The notes under the pieces: generated by a model
Told to the model about the DNA's origin: nothing
Database searches by the model: none
What the model saw: only the letters and a program-made list of their open reading frames with translations
Made by a program: the position numbers and the translations under genes
Shown: positions 39,217 through 52,041 of the stretch, piece by piece
How the letters are laid out: every line of letters begins with the position of its first letter
How positions within the stretch are numbered: position 1 is the first letter of the stretch
Source: Candidatus Magasanikiibacteriota bacterium
GTDB lineage: Bacteria; Patescibacteriota; Patescibacteriia; Magasanikbacterales; GWA2-37-8
Direction: 5' to 3'
DNA: 64,000 nt
NCBI GenBank assembly: GCA_016182085.1
Contig: JACOYB010000007.1
Span: forward strand, 6,381 to 70,380

Positions 39217-40221
39217 TTACATTTGACTATATTGTTCTTGTTCGGCCTTGGCTTCTTCCGGATCTTTGCAGTTGCCATAGTGGCAGATGTCGTCCGCGTT
39301 GCAACAATCACTATCTTCTTCGCAACCCGGCATGCACACACTTTCATCGCACACCGCCTCGCAACCACAGTCGCTATTTTTCGCGCATGTTGGCGGGAAG
39401 CACTTCTCGTAGTTACAGATTTCGTTGCCGGGGCAGTGAGAACTGTCTAGGCAATTTCCATCTTCAATTTCTTCACGAGAGTGACAGGTATCTTCGTAGT
39501 AGAAATCACCCTCGCAGCATAGTATGGGACGACCGGGGCTATAGGTGCTGCAACTATGCACTTCGTTACAAATTTCGCCGCAATCACAATCGGAATCAAA
39601 GTTGCATTCCGATTCCTGGCAGTACCCTTCTTTTACCATAAGGCCGCTGAATCTGCAGAAGTATCCAACCGGACAGTCACTGTCAGCGCAACAGCCAGGC
39701 TGGTGATCACAGCGATGGTTGATGCAATGAACTGCGCAACCTCCACCGCAATCGGCATCTGCATCGCATTCTGACTCGGTGCAGGTACCGCTAATTTCAT
39801 CACTGCTCTTATCACAAAATTCATCCGGCAGACAATCCGCATTGGCACAGCAGGAATCCGACTTGTGGCACTCGTCGTCCAAGCAGTCGTAGCCGCAACC
39901 GCAATCTTCGGCGGTGGCGCAGGTATGCTGGGTAGCATACTCGCCCCTGGAATTGTCCTCCGTACCTTCATCTAGCAAACATTTGCCACTCGCGCAGACA
40001 CTGTCCGACGGACAGTCATCATCCTTGGTGCATGTTGCAATTGCCGCGGCATTTATTGTCAAGGTGCGCGCCTTGTTTTTCTGGGCAACCGGTACTTGGC
40101 ACTGGTCGGCCGGTGAATTGTTGGATTCAACCGGAGCGCTTGGCCAAACCAGGTACGCAATTGCGAAAAACTGAATAAGCGCGATAAAAGGAAATACCCA
40201 CCCTTTCTTGTTGAACTGCAT
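39217..40221 (-). CDS. Membrane-anchored protein of tandem CxxDxDC Cys-rich repeats
   Basis: GGAGG SD before ATG at 40221; N-terminal TM; about 10 C..D.DC....C modules. Confidence 0.75.
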   Translation of the reverse strand: MQFNKKGWVFPFIALIQFFAIAYLVWPSAPVESNNSPADQCQVPVAQKNKARTLTINAAAIATCTKDDDCPSDSVCASGKCLLDEGTEDNSRGEYATQHTCATAEDCGCGYDCLDDECHKSDSCCANADCLPDEFCDKSSDEISGTCTESECDADADCGGGCAVHCINHRCDHQPGCCADSDCPVGYFCRFSGLMVKEGYCQESECNFDSDCDCGEICNEVHSCSTYSPGRPILCCEGDFYYEDTCHSREEIEDGNCLDSSHCPGNEICNYEKCFPPTCAKNSDCGCEAVCDESVCMPGCEEDSDCCNADDICHYGNCKDPEEAKAEQEQYSQM

Positions 40222-40433
40222 ACTTCCTCCGTATAGGTAGAATACGCTAGCAAAATTGTTTGTCAAGAAAAATTAAAATTATAAAACAAAAAACCGCCTG
40301 AATTTTAGGCGGTTTTTTGTTTCTCAAAATTTCCAAAAGTTTTAGAAATTTAGTCAATGCCACATATCGTAGTGGCGACGCCTTGACTTGCGCCAAGGAC
40401 TCGCACAGACCCGTGAGAGGGGTCGGTGAGAGG

Positions 40434-41192
40434 TCAGGTAGGTGGAGGAGCGAAGATCGTGAGATGTTCCCGCCCAACATTTTCGTAGACCGACTGTTCG
40501 GCATCCAGTGGCGACTGGCTCCAGCGGAAACCATTCACCTTGGCGTCGATCGCGATCCCACTTGGCATCACACTGGCGCTGCAGTTGGTGCAGAACAGAC
40601 GGATGTCCTCGCCACCCACGTTTCCGCTGGGCGCAAACGGCCCACTCCAGCTGTAGAGGCGGGAATACCACTGACTCGTGATGTCACCGCCGGCAATCTC
40701 CGTAAGTGGCGCGGGTTGGCCGTTGATCATCATCCGGAACGTAGGCATGAAGTTGGTCGCGCTGGCCGACGAACGCGTGCCGTAGATCTCGTACTGAATG
40801 TACATGAGCTGCGGATTGCAACCCTCCGTACCCCCGCCGACTGGTACGGCGTTGAAGTGGCGGATTTCCACTTCGGCGGCCGGCATCTTGAGCGCGGTGC
40901 TCGACGTCGGGAAAGTGAGCTCCACCTTGCAGAGGCGGTCGAGGGCGCGCTGGTAGCACACCCCGGTATCTGCCAGGCACTCGCTGCCATCGGGGCACTG
41001 GGGGCCGCCGGGATCAGCGCAGGTCACGGGCACCTCCACTTCCCGCACGCAGGCCTCGCCTTCACGCTCGGTATCGGCCGGGCAAGTGGCGGGGCCAGCA
41101 TCGGCAAACTGCATGTTGACCCCATCACCACAGCCGGTGGCCATGATGAAGAGGGTGGTCGTGATCGCGATGATGAGCCGCATGTTGGGCAT
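40434..41192 (-). CDS. GC-rich Cys-rich putative lipoprotein
   Basis: AAAGGAG SD; MATGC lipobox; Cys-rich N-terminal part, beta-rich C-terminal part. Confidence 0.7.
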   Translation of the reverse strand: MPNMRLIIAITTTLFIMATGCGDGVNMQFADAGPATCPADTEREGEACVREVEVPVTCADPGGPQCPDGSECLADTGVCYQRALDRLCKVELTFPTSSTALKMPAAEVEIRHFNAVPVGGGTEGCNPQLMYIQYEIYGTRSSASATNFMPTFRMMINGQPAPLTEIAGGDITSQWYSRLYSWSGPFAPSGNVGGEDIRLFCTNCSASVMPSGIAIDAKVNGFRWSQSPLDAEQSVYENVGREHLTIFAPPPT

Positions 41193-41381
41193 CGTAACGC
41201 TCCTTTGGTTTCATTGTCTTGAGATTCAGACCCCACTGACACCCCGAACATTTGTTCAGAGCAAGGGCCAGTAAGGGGCTGAATCTATTAAAAAGAACTG
41301 TATAATCTAACAAAAGACCTACTATTTGTCAATGGTAGCAAATGTATTTTGGCTAAAATAAGAGATTTTATGACCCTAAGG

Positions 41382-42056
41382 TTACGGTAGATCTTTGTTA
41401 TTTTCTCTATCCTTTTTCCACATTACTTTTTGAGTTTTGTAAATGACAACACCCAGACCGACCAGGGAAAAGATGAAAATGAAAGGCAGCAAGTTTGCCA
41501 GCGGCACCTTATCGTGAGAAAAAATAACGAGAAAATTGGTAATAATAAATCCCAGTCTAATTTCGGTGGGACCGATTTTAAAATATGAAATGCGGAATTG
41601 GTTGGTGGTGGAAAATGATAAATAAGAATTAACCATAAAGCCGCTGTATGTTGCCAAGATAAAAAACAGGGTGTTATATTTATCGGAAAAAATAAAAGAA
41701 TAACCGATAAGCAGCGCGCACAGAAAAATATAATCCAAAAAATGATCCATATAAAATCCCCAGCGCACCAAACCCATTTTTCTGTATTTCCCCAAAGATC
41801 CGTCCAAAGAATCGGTAATGTACTGAGCGACAATCATAACGGTTGTTCCCCACAGCCAGTTGATATTATATTTGCCGGCCAGATAGCCAAAAACAATAAT
41901 TAAGAAAGACCAAAGCAGCGTAGAAAGAGTAAGGTGATATGACTGAATCCAGGCGGGAATTTTTGGCACGCAAACGCCGATAAATTTTTGTTCTAATTTA
42001 TGAAATAAGGGCTTGCCAATTTTTTTATCTCCGGCAAAATTTTCTATAAATTCCAT
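41382..42056 (-). CDS. CDP-alcohol phosphatidyltransferase family protein
   Basis: DSLDGSLG...G..MD..LD matches DxxDGxxAR-like motif. Confidence 0.85.
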   Translation of the reverse strand: MEFIENFAGDKKIGKPLFHKLEQKFIGVCVPKIPAWIQSYHLTLSTLLWSFLIIVFGYLAGKYNINWLWGTTVMIVAQYITDSLDGSLGKYRKMGLVRWGFYMDHFLDYIFLCALLIGYSFIFSDKYNTLFFILATYSGFMVNSYLSFSTTNQFRISYFKIGPTEIRLGFIITNFLVIFSHDKVPLANLLPFIFIFSLVGLGVVIYKTQKVMWKKDRENNKDLP

Positions 42057-42089
42057 ACGAATGAGTATATATGGCTTTTGTCCTATATA

Positions 42090-42620
42090 TTATTTTTTAT
42101 CGTCAAATTTATTCCATCCGGATTCAGTGATAATAGGGTACTGGTGATGAGCCAGAAGCTGTTTGAAATCTAAAAAATGAACATTATTTAACTGATATTT
42201 ATTTATTTTTTTACCGTTTCGTAATGTAAAAATTATATTTATATAATGGGTATAATGATGATGCAGGTCAAAAATAGACGGTTTAAAATTCAAGCCGAAA
42301 TTAACTTCAATATCCGCTGTATTTTCTTTTTTTATTTCCAATTTTGGTTTGCCCCAATGGGAAATTCTTAACATGCCGGACTGAACTTCCAGTTCCCGGT
42401 ATCTGTCAACAATAAAGAATATGGTAATGCCCATAAATACCACCATCGGTATTACGGCATTTAAGACCGGGTCAGTCGTATAATTAAGCACCAGGGTAAT
42501 CGTAATTGTTAAAATGAGCAGTTCTGCCAGGGAAAACAGAAAAAAATCCTTAACGGTAATTTTTCTCCGTAGAGAGAAAACATTTTTGGATAACTGATGA
42601 TGCAGATGCCACAGTGACAT
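42090..42620 (-). CDS. Hypothetical membrane protein
   Basis: Two TM helices; abuts cysS. Confidence 0.6.
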   Translation of the reverse strand: MSLWHLHHQLSKNVFSLRRKITVKDFFLFSLAELLILTITITLVLNYTTDPVLNAVIPMVVFMGITIFFIVDRYRELEVQSGMLRISHWGKPKLEIKKENTADIEVNFGLNFKPSIFDLHHHYTHYINIIFTLRNGKKINKYQLNNVHFLDFKQLLAHHQYPIITESGWNKFDDKK

Positions 42621-42621
42621 A

Positions 42622-43992
42622 CTATTTTTTAACTACTTTTGTCCCTTCGGGAGTATCCTCAACTGCATATCCCAAATCTTCAATTTGCTTTCTTAAATTA
42701 TCGCTTTCTTTCCAATTTTTTTCACTACGAGCCGTGTTTCTTTTTTCAATCAGTGTTTGTGTGTCTGCGGAAAGTTTAGTTTTATATTTTTTAATTTTGC
42801 CCAGTCCTAACCCCAGCACCCTGTCAAATTTTAGAATAGTTCTTTTTTTGGTGCTGGTCGGGAAAATAGGATCTTTTATCATCTCCCACATAATCGCTAA
42901 AGCCCGAGGCATATCCAAATCATCATTAACGGCTTCTAGAAAATTTTTCTCATATTCTGCGCAGCCTATTTTAGGTTTGTCCCAACTGGCGACAATATTA
43001 TAAAGGTGATTTAAACCATTTTGCGCGGCTTGTAATGCTTCCCAGGAAAAAGTGAGCTGTTTGCGGTAGTGAGTTTGCAAAAGCAGATAGCGATAGGCGA
43101 GGGGAGAAAAGCCTTTCTTTTTTATTTCTCCTAAAGTTAGAAACTCACCCGAAGATTTGGACATTTTGGCTCCGTCAAGAACCAAAAATTCCCCATGCAT
43201 CCAATAGTTTGCCAGAGGTTTGCCTTCAGCGGCTTCGCTTTGGGCGATTTCGTTGGTGTGGTGCACGGGAATATGATCTATGCCGCCACAGTGAATATCA
43301 AACGGCTGGCCCAGATATTTGGCAGCCATGGCCGAGCATTCTATGTGCCAGCCGGGGAAACCTATGCCCCAGGGGCTTTTCCACTCCATTTGTCTTTTTT
43401 GATCATGAGGGGAAAATTTCCACAGCGCGAAATCCGTAATATTTTTTTTCTCGCCCATATCCACTCTGGCCCCAGCTTTTAATTCTTGTTTATCAAGCCG
43501 CGCTAATTTTCCGTAATCAGGAAGTCTGGAGGTGTTAAAATATATGCCGTCACCGGTTTTGTAGGTAAAACCTTTTTTTTCCAACTTTTTTATTAAATTA
43601 ATTTGTTCTTTAATATTGTCTGTCGCTTTGGTAAATTTGTTTGGGAAAATAATCCCCAAATCTTCCAAATCTTTTTTAAAAATTTTTGTATATAATTTAG
43701 CGATTTGCCAAGCGGTTTTGCCTTCTCTGGCCGCGCCCTTTTCCATTTTGTCTTCACCCGTATCGGCATCGCTGGTAAGATGACCGACATCGGTAATATT
43801 CATGATATGTTTTACTTTGTAATTGTTATACAGTAAAACCCTTTTTAAAATATCTTCAAAAACATAAGTGCGCAAATTGCCGATATGTTGGTAATTATAA
43901 ACAGTCGGACCGCAGGTATATAACCCAACTTTATTTTTTTTAATAGCGTTGAACTCTTCAGTTTTTCGGGAGAGGGTATTATATATTTTCAT
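42622..43992 (-). CDS. cysS: Cysteine--tRNA ligase
   Basis: [25 protein letters not shown]. Confidence 0.98.
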   Translation of the reverse strand: MKIYNTLSRKTEEFNAIKKNKVGLYTCGPTVYNYQHIGNLRTYVFEDILKRVLLYNNYKVKHIMNITDVGHLTSDADTGEDKMEKGAAREGKTAWQIAKLYTKIFKKDLEDLGIIFPNKFTKATDNIKEQINLIKKLEKKGFTYKTGDGIYFNTSRLPDYGKLARLDKQELKAGARVDMGEKKNITDFALWKFSPHDQKRQMEWKSPWGIGFPGWHIECSAMAAKYLGQPFDIHCGGIDHIPVHHTNEIAQSEAAEGKPLANYWMHGEFLVLDGAKMSKSSGEFLTLGEIKKKGFSPLAYRYLLLQTHYRKQLTFSWEALQAAQNGLNHLYNIVASWDKPKIGCAEYEKNFLEAVNDDLDMPRALAIMWEMIKDPIFPTSTKKRTILKFDRVLGLGLGKIKKYKTKLSADTQTLIEKRNTARSEKNWKESDNLRKQIEDLGYAVEDTPEGTKVVKK

Positions 43993-43996
43993 ATAT

Positions 43997-44503
43997 TTAA
44001 AGTTCTAAATCTAGTGCTTCGATATGATCGCTAATTTTACTACCGTTCAATTCAGGATTACGTTGCCATTTAAATTTAGAACACCTTCCTTCGAATTTAA
44101 TATTAGGGCAAGAATAATTTTCGGTATAAACTGAATATCCCCGTACCTCTGTATTTTCTAGCCTAGAGCAATTTTCTAATATTCCGGTATAGTCCTTTAT
44201 GTTTGGTATTGTCGCTACGCAACTGCCCTGGCACTGGTTTGAATATTTACAAGGCATGTTTTGATCGGCGTATGGAGGGATGCATCTGGCCTCAATAGTA
44301 AAATCCCAGTAGTTTGGTTCCATCCAGTAGCCACCAATTGAGTTGCACTGTCTTTTATTTTTTTCAACTTTATGTTTTGCAAAATATTCTTCAATATTTG
44401 CGCCGTATAATTCTTTGATCCCAGGGTAAAAAAGAATAATAACCGGTAAACAGGCTGCTATGAGAATTGCTACACTTAAAAATTTTGGTACCTGTCTAAA
44501 CAT
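43997..44503 (-). CDS. Cys-rich membrane-anchored hypothetical protein
   Basis: N-terminal TM, C..IGG.W, C..S.QCQG.C. Confidence 0.6.
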   Translation of the reverse strand: MFRQVPKFLSVAILIAACLPVIILFYPGIKELYGANIEEYFAKHKVEKNKRQCNSIGGYWMEPNYWDFTIEARCIPPYADQNMPCKYSNQCQGSCVATIPNIKDYTGILENCSRLENTEVRGYSVYTENYSCPNIKFEGRCSKFKWQRNPELNGSKISDHIEALDLEL

Positions 44504-44652
44504 AATTTACCATTTATACTATTGATAATAGTACCTTATTTATCCCCAGTTATCAACCAACCTATACTAGTAAGTCCTATTATTTGCTATAATAGACGAA
44601 GTTAAAGAACGTACTGCTAAGTTTTATATTCTATATTCTCAAAGTGCGTCCT

Positions 44653-45792
44653 ATGTTCGGTTTTGGTAAACCAAAGTCCTATCTTGGAATTGATATTGGG
44701 TCCGGCGGTATGAAGCTGGTTGAGTTGCGATTGGAAAAGAAAAGACCGGTGTTATTTACATATGGCCTAACTTCCACCAAACAAGATATTCATAGAATTC
44801 AAGCTCACAAGGATCAAAATGTTGCAAGTCTGCTTCAACGAGAAGAAAAAACCGAAAACGCCGCCGCAGTCGAACAGTTTACGGAAGCACAGATAGCAAG
44901 TTATAGCGATACTGTAAAAAGTTTATGCAAAGCCGCTCGGGTAACTTCAAAAAACGCGGTGGTCAGCCTGCCGGTTTCTTCAGTTTTTCACGCGGTAGTT
45001 ACGCTGCCAATCGTAAAAAAAGAAGAATTGGATCATATTGTTAAAGCCGAAGTAAAAAAATTACTCCCCATGCCGCTGGAAGAAATGGCTTTGGATTTTC
45101 AGGTATTAAACGGATCTTCCGAAAGTAAAAGCCAGCGCGTACTCGTAAATGCGGTGTCAAACAAAATTATTGAATTTTATTCCAAAGTGTTTAGCCGGGC
45201 CGGATTAACTCTGGATGCTTTAGAGCCCGAATCTACGGCCCTAACCAGATGCCTTATGGGCAAAGATCAAGCGGTGGCCATGATTATAGATATCGGTTCG
45301 GAACGAACAAATTTTTTTATTATTGACCAGGGGGTGCCAATTACTCATCAGACCATTGAATCCGGCGGAGATAAGATAGACAAAATTTTACAAAATATTT
45401 TGGGTATTGAAGCGGATTTGGTGGAACGGGTAAAATATGACTTGTTTGATTATTTGCCAACCGGCAATAATGCCGTGCTGAGCGAGCAAAAATGGCTGGA
45501 CACGCTGATGCCGGTTATAGATCCTATACTTAAGGAAATAGACGTAAGCTTGGAAATGTATTTGCGCCAAAGCGGCAACGAAGGCAAGCGACCGGAGAAA
45601 ATAATTCTTACCGGCGGTATGTCACTTATGCCATTTTTGGCAAAGTATATTGAAAATAATTTTAGGATAAAATGTTATGTCGGCGATGCCTGGGCGAGAG
45701 TCGTTTACCAAGACGGATTAAAACCTTTGTTGCGTCAAATTGCTCCTAGAATGTCAGTGGCTATTGGTTTAGCATTGCGGAGTGTGGTATAA
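44653..45792 (+). CDS. pilM: Type IV pilus assembly protein PilM
   Basis: LGIDIG, IIDIG..RT, ILTGG, VAIGLALR (actin-like fold). Confidence 0.9.
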   Translation: MFGFGKPKSYLGIDIGSGGMKLVELRLEKKRPVLFTYGLTSTKQDIHRIQAHKDQNVASLLQREEKTENAAAVEQFTEAQIASYSDTVKSLCKAARVTSKNAVVSLPVSSVFHAVVTLPIVKKEELDHIVKAEVKKLLPMPLEEMALDFQVLNGSSESKSQRVLVNAVSNKIIEFYSKVFSRAGLTLDALEPESTALTRCLMGKDQAVAMIIDIGSERTNFFIIDQGVPITHQTIESGGDKIDKILQNILGIEADLVERVKYDLFDYLPTGNNAVLSEQKWLDTLMPVIDPILKEIDVSLEMYLRQSGNEGKRPEKIILTGGMSLMPFLAKYIENNFRIKCYVGDAWARVVYQDGLKPLLRQIAPRMSVAIGLALRSVV

Positions 45793-45820
45793 TATTTAAT
45801 ACTTATTCATACATTTGATT

Positions 45821-46204
45821 ATGGCCTCAAACAAACAAACCCATATCTTGATCGTGGAGGACGATCTTTTTTTAGCGGAAATTTATCAGAAAAAATTTGA
45901 AATGGAGGGTTTTAAAGTAAGCATGGCAAACAACGGTGAAAAGGCCCTTGTGGATATCAAAAAGAAACTGCCGGATTTAGTGCTTTTAGATATTTTACTT
46001 CCAAAATTAGACGGATTTTCCGTCCTGGAAGCGTTAAAGTCTGACAAAGCCACCAAAGATATTCCCGTTATTCTTCTTACCAACTTGGGCCAGCAAGACG
46101 ATGTGCAGCGAGGCCTGGAAAAAGGCGCCGCCGATTATTTAATCAAGACTCATTTTAAACCGTCAGAGGTTGTGGATAAAGTTAGAAAGATTTTGCACCT
46201 ATAA
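45821..46204 (+). CDS. Single-domain response regulator
   Basis: ILIVEDD, PDLVLLD, LTN, GA.DYLIK. Confidence 0.92.
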   Translation: MASNKQTHILIVEDDLFLAEIYQKKFEMEGFKVSMANNGEKALVDIKKKLPDLVLLDILLPKLDGFSVLEALKSDKATKDIPVILLTNLGQQDDVQRGLEKGAADYLIKTHFKPSEVVDKVRKILHL

Positions 46205-46279
46205 TTGTGATACAATTAAGTAGCGTTTTATTATATTGCGTAAAAAATTTATGTCTTATCACAGAAAGGGGGTGAGAAT

Positions 46280-46714
46280 ATGAAGAAATTGAATGAAAAA
46301 GGTTTTACGTTGATTGAATTGTTGGTTGTAATCGCCATTATCGGTCTATTATCAACACTCGCCGTAGTGTCTTTAGGAAACGCCAGACAAAAATCTCGCG
46401 ACGCGAGACGTCTTTCCGACCTAAAACAATTACAGACCGCTTTGGAACTTTACTATACAGATCAGACCGCTTATCCAGCCGGTGCTGCAGTTACTTTGGG
46501 CGCAGGCAACTATCGTTGTCTAAACGCCAGTGGTTGGGGAGCCCCAGGTTGTACCAGTGCCTATATGGGCCAGGTTCCAGCCGATCCATTGTCAACTCAA
46601 AATTACGTTTATACCGCAGCCTCCAGTTCTTATACTGTAACTGCGACTTTGGAAACAAACATGAACGGTTTGACCGGCGGAGTAACTCTCAGCCCATCGG
46701 GTATAGCCGACTAA
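46280..46714 (+). CDS. Type IV pilin
   Basis: KG|FTLIELLVVIAIIGLL; strong SD AAAGGGGGTGA; followed by a terminator. Confidence 0.92.
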   Translation: MKKLNEKGFTLIELLVVIAIIGLLSTLAVVSLGNARQKSRDARRLSDLKQLQTALELYYTDQTAYPAGAAVTLGAGNYRCLNASGWGAPGCTSAYMGQVPADPLSTQNYVYTAASSSYTVTATLETNMNGLTGGVTLSPSGIAD

Positions 46715-46829
46715 TGTATATACAAAAACCAAAAAGCCCTCTTCAGTTTATCTGAATGGGGTTTTTTGTTTTTTTTAGCTTTGTGATAGAATATACCCGT
46801 TATCTGCCCTTCGGCAAAACTCCAAAAAC

Positions 46830-47618
46830 ATGAATTATTTAGTGTATACCGGTTATTTTTTTTATCTTATCATTTTTCTCATCGGCCTATCCCTTGGCAG
46901 TTTTTTAAATGCTTGGGTTTGGCGCACACGGGAAAATTTTAGAATTATCAGCGGGCGCAGCATGTGTCCGAATTGTCGGCGTCAACTAAGATGGTATGAA
47001 AATATACCGGTAATAAGTTTTTTAGTATTAGGGGGAAAATGCCATACCTGCCACAATCCTATTCCAATTCATTTTATTTTTGTAGAAATAAGCACAGCCC
47101 TGATTTTTCTTTTGGCAGCTTGGTTGCATGTTCGCGCGCCGGTTTTTGATTCGCTTCATTTTATACGAGACCTGACATTTTTGGTAATTCTGATCATGGT
47201 TTTTATTTATGATTTTCTCTATCAAGAAATTTTATCGGAACTTGTTTGGTTTGGGGCGCTCGCGGCCTTGTTTTTTAATTTATACTTAGACCGTAGTCTA
47301 GGCTATATGCTTATTGGCGCGCTTGCGATTGGCGGGTTTTTTTTCTTGCAATATGTGATTTCCAAAGGGCGCTGGATTGGAGGCGGGGACGTACGTTTGG
47401 GCATTATGATGGGAATATGGCTTGGTTGGCCGGTAGTTTTAGTTGCGTTAATTATTGCGTATGTTACCGGCGCGATTGGCAGCCTCTTTTTATTGCTTTT
47501 TAAAAGAAAAACTCTGAGCAGCGCTACGCCCTTTGGCACATATTTGGCCTTGGGAACGCTGGTTTGTATTTTTTGGGGCGACCAGATTGTGAGTTGGTAT
47601 GTGGGGCTGTTGCGATGA
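46830..47618 (+). CDS. pilD: Prepilin peptidase
   Basis: GSFLN, RSMCPNC...ENIPV.S...GKCHTC, GGGD, PFG.YL. Confidence 0.93.
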   Translation: MNYLVYTGYFFYLIIFLIGLSLGSFLNAWVWRTRENFRIISGRSMCPNCRRQLRWYENIPVISFLVLGGKCHTCHNPIPIHFIFVEISTALIFLLAAWLHVRAPVFDSLHFIRDLTFLVILIMVFIYDFLYQEILSELVWFGALAALFFNLYLDRSLGYMLIGALAIGGFFFLQYVISKGRWIGGGDVRLGIMMGIWLGWPVVLVALIIAYVTGAIGSLFLLLFKRKTLSSATPFGTYLALGTLVCIFWGDQIVSWYVGLLR

Positions 47619-47621
47619 AGT

Positions 47622-49737
<2,116 letters not shown>

Positions 49738-50490
49738 TTATTTTATTGTCATGCCGTCGTAAGCCACGTCGGTATTTTTGTATTTATTTTTAACAAAGAC
49801 ACGAAGTTCTTTGTATGGCAGAGTAGAATGGCCAATGTGCGTGAATAGCACGCTTTTAATCCTCCATTTTTTATAAGTTTTTAACTGGCTGATTATGGCC
49901 AGATGTCCGCCAAAACTTCGTTTTAAAATAGAACCGTCAACGAGCGCCATGTTGGCTTGTTGGAAATATTTTTTTAATCCGCCAAGTGAAGACATGTCTG
50001 TGGCGTAGATTATTTTTTTGCCATTGGGAAAGCGTACAAGAAATCCAACAGTTGGTGTGTTGCGGGCGTGGTGAACGCGAAAAGGCAGTATTTTAATGCC
50101 AAAAAGATTTACCGGATGGCCGGCCCGCATAGTTTTGGCGGATTCGCTGTATAACAGCGCGTTGGCAAGATATTTAACGCCGTAATTAGCGTCCGGGTGG
50201 TTGTGGGTGATAAAAATAGCGTCCGGTTTTGGCAGCTTGGCGCGCCGCAGTTGATAAAGTATGTCCGGTCCGGAATCAAGCAAAATTAAATAGCCATTGT
50301 GTTGTATGGCGAGGCACGAACGGGTGCGACGATTTTTTTCGCCTTTTTTTGCTTCATTACACAATGAGTCATCGTGCAAAGGAAAATTTTTTTGGTAGTG
50401 TTCAATATCCAAATAATCTTCAAAAAGATTTGATTGCGTGCGGGGAAAAGGAAAAATGGACGAAGATCCGAGTACGGTAAGTTTAGTCAT
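49738..50490 (-). CDS. Metallo-beta-lactamase-fold hydrolase (PhnP/YycJ-like)
   Basis: R.RSC, THNHPDA (last His of HxHxDH replaced), YATD, THIGH. Confidence 0.8.
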   Translation of the reverse strand: MTKLTVLGSSSIFPFPRTQSNLFEDYLDIEHYQKNFPLHDDSLCNEAKKGEKNRRTRSCLAIQHNGYLILLDSGPDILYQLRRAKLPKPDAIFITHNHPDANYGVKYLANALLYSESAKTMRAGHPVNLFGIKILPFRVHHARNTPTVGFLVRFPNGKKIIYATDMSSLGGLKKYFQQANMALVDGSILKRSFGGHLAIISQLKTYKKWRIKSVLFTHIGHSTLPYKELRVFVKNKYKNTDVAYDGMTIK

Positions 50491-51145
50491 GGGGAGGCAA
50501 ATTATTAATAAACCACTGCCGGGCAAGCCGGGCTACCTGTTCAAGAGCTCCCGCTTCTTCAAATAAATGAGTGGCGCCCGGAATTACACTAAGTTCTTTT
50601 TTACAGGAAAGCAACTCCAACGCTTGGCGATTCAGCTCCAAAACATCCTCATCCGCTCCACCCACAATAAGCAAAGTGGGGGCGTGCACGCGCGGCAAAA
50701 AATCGCCGGCCATGTCGGGTCGTCCGCCGCGTGAAACCACGGCAAAAATATTATCGGGAAATTTAGCCGCCGCCTGCAGAGCCGCGGCTGCTCCGGTGCT
50801 GGCTCCAAAATAACCTATTGGCTGTGAAGAAAGTTCGGGTTGATTTTTAACCCAATTAGCGGCATCAATTAGGCGGTTCGCTAAAAAATCAATGTTAAAT
50901 ACCAGCGCCCGGTTATTTGCGCTCTCTTCTTCATCCGTTAAAAGATCAAAGAGAAAAGTAGCAAAATTTATTTTTTCTAAAGCGGCGGCTACCAGCCTGT
51001 TTCGCGGACTAAGACGGCTGCTGCCGCTGCCATGAGCAAAAAGAATTAAACCGCGCGCGTTGGACGGACAAGCAACCGTTCCCGGAAGGTTTTTTCCGTC
51101 CGCGGTGAGAATATTTGCGGAATAATTGCGAAATGAATTTGGCAT
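50483..51145 (-). CDS. Dienelactone-hydrolase-like alpha/beta hydrolase
   Basis: FAHGSGSSRLSPRN, GASTG, SRGGRPD, GATHLFEE. Confidence 0.88.
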   Translation of the reverse strand: MPNSFRNYSANILTADGKNLPGTVACPSNARGLILFAHGSGSSRLSPRNRLVAAALEKINFATFLFDLLTDEEESANNRALVFNIDFLANRLIDAANWVKNQPELSSQPIGYFGASTGAAAALQAAAKFPDNIFAVVSRGGRPDMAGDFLPRVHAPTLLIVGGADEDVLELNRQALELLSCKKELSVIPGATHLFEEAGALEQVARLARQWFINNLPPHD

Positions 51146-51147
51146 AC

Positions 51148-52038
51148 TTATTCAACAGTCAAATAATCGCTTAATAGTGAATTTAAAGAAACAATTTTTA
51201 TTTTTTTACTTTTTTGTGTCATAGCCGAGGGCAGGGAATTGGTGGTATAAATTTTTCTTACTCCTAATTTCCAAAGTTGGTTCCATTTAGCGCCGGTAAA
51301 TACTCCGTGGGTGACGGCGATTATAATTTCCTCGGCTCCGGCGCGGCGCGCGGCTTGGCAAGCGGCAATTAGCGTGCCGCCCGTATCCAAAATATCATCA
51401 TGAATAAGAATTCGCGGTCCGCGTAATTTGCCGATAATACCCGAGACAGATACGCCTTCCGGTCCGCGCGTTTTCCGGCAATAAACAATCTGGTCAGTAA
51501 AATTTAAAGCTTTACCCAACTCGCCGCAACGCTCTAGCGCGCCTTCATCCGGGGCCAAAATGGAATCAAATTTAATTTTATCTTTTAAAATAGCCGAAGC
51601 AAACAAAACGTTGCTTTTTAAAAAAATAACGGGCGTTTTAAGCAAGGGAACGCTTCGTGGATTATGCAAATCAACGGTTATAATTTTGTCTATTCCCGAG
51701 GCGGCCAGCAGATTGCCCATCCAAGCCAGTCCCAGACTTTCCATCTCGTCGGCTTTGTCCTGTCGGCCATAGCCTAAGTATGGAACCACCGCAATTACTT
51801 CACGCGCGCCCTCTTTTTTTAAAGTGTGGCTAAGCAGGAGCAATTTAAGCAAATTTTCATCCGGAGGAGCAAAAGTGCCGAGAGCATAGCATTTTTGGCC
51901 GTCAACTTTATTTTTTACGGTTAAAAACAATTCGTTATTAGAAAACCGCCGCATTTTAAAGATGCCGATTTCAAGTTTGGGAGCGCGCAGAAGCGGACGA
52001 GCGAGGTAATTGAATTTTTCCAATGAAAATAACAACAT
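51148..52038 (-). CDS. prs: Ribose-phosphate pyrophosphokinase
   Basis: PYLGYGRQDK, DLH, APDEG, DDILDTGGT, THG. Confidence 0.85.
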   Translation of the reverse strand: MLLFSLEKFNYLARPLLRAPKLEIGIFKMRRFSNNELFLTVKNKVDGQKCYALGTFAPPDENLLKLLLLSHTLKKEGAREVIAVVPYLGYGRQDKADEMESLGLAWMGNLLAASGIDKIITVDLHNPRSVPLLKTPVIFLKSNVLFASAILKDKIKFDSILAPDEGALERCGELGKALNFTDQIVYCRKTRGPEGVSVSGIIGKLRGPRILIHDDILDTGGTLIAACQAARRAGAEEIIIAVTHGVFTGAKWNQLWKLGVRKIYTTNSLPSAMTQKSKKIKIVSLNSLLSDYLTVE

Positions 52039-52041
52039 ATA

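Noticed and set aside
40317-41222. 301-aa plus-strand ORF (also 4969-5784, 7289-8092, 35143-35997, 59580-60254)
   Set aside because: Antisense shadows of better-supported genes that have an SD, signal peptide or motifs
44538-44560. DnaA-box-like motifs suggesting oriC
   Set aside because: Only isolated imperfect boxes, scattered in several intergenic regions; no cluster and no dnaA/dnaN
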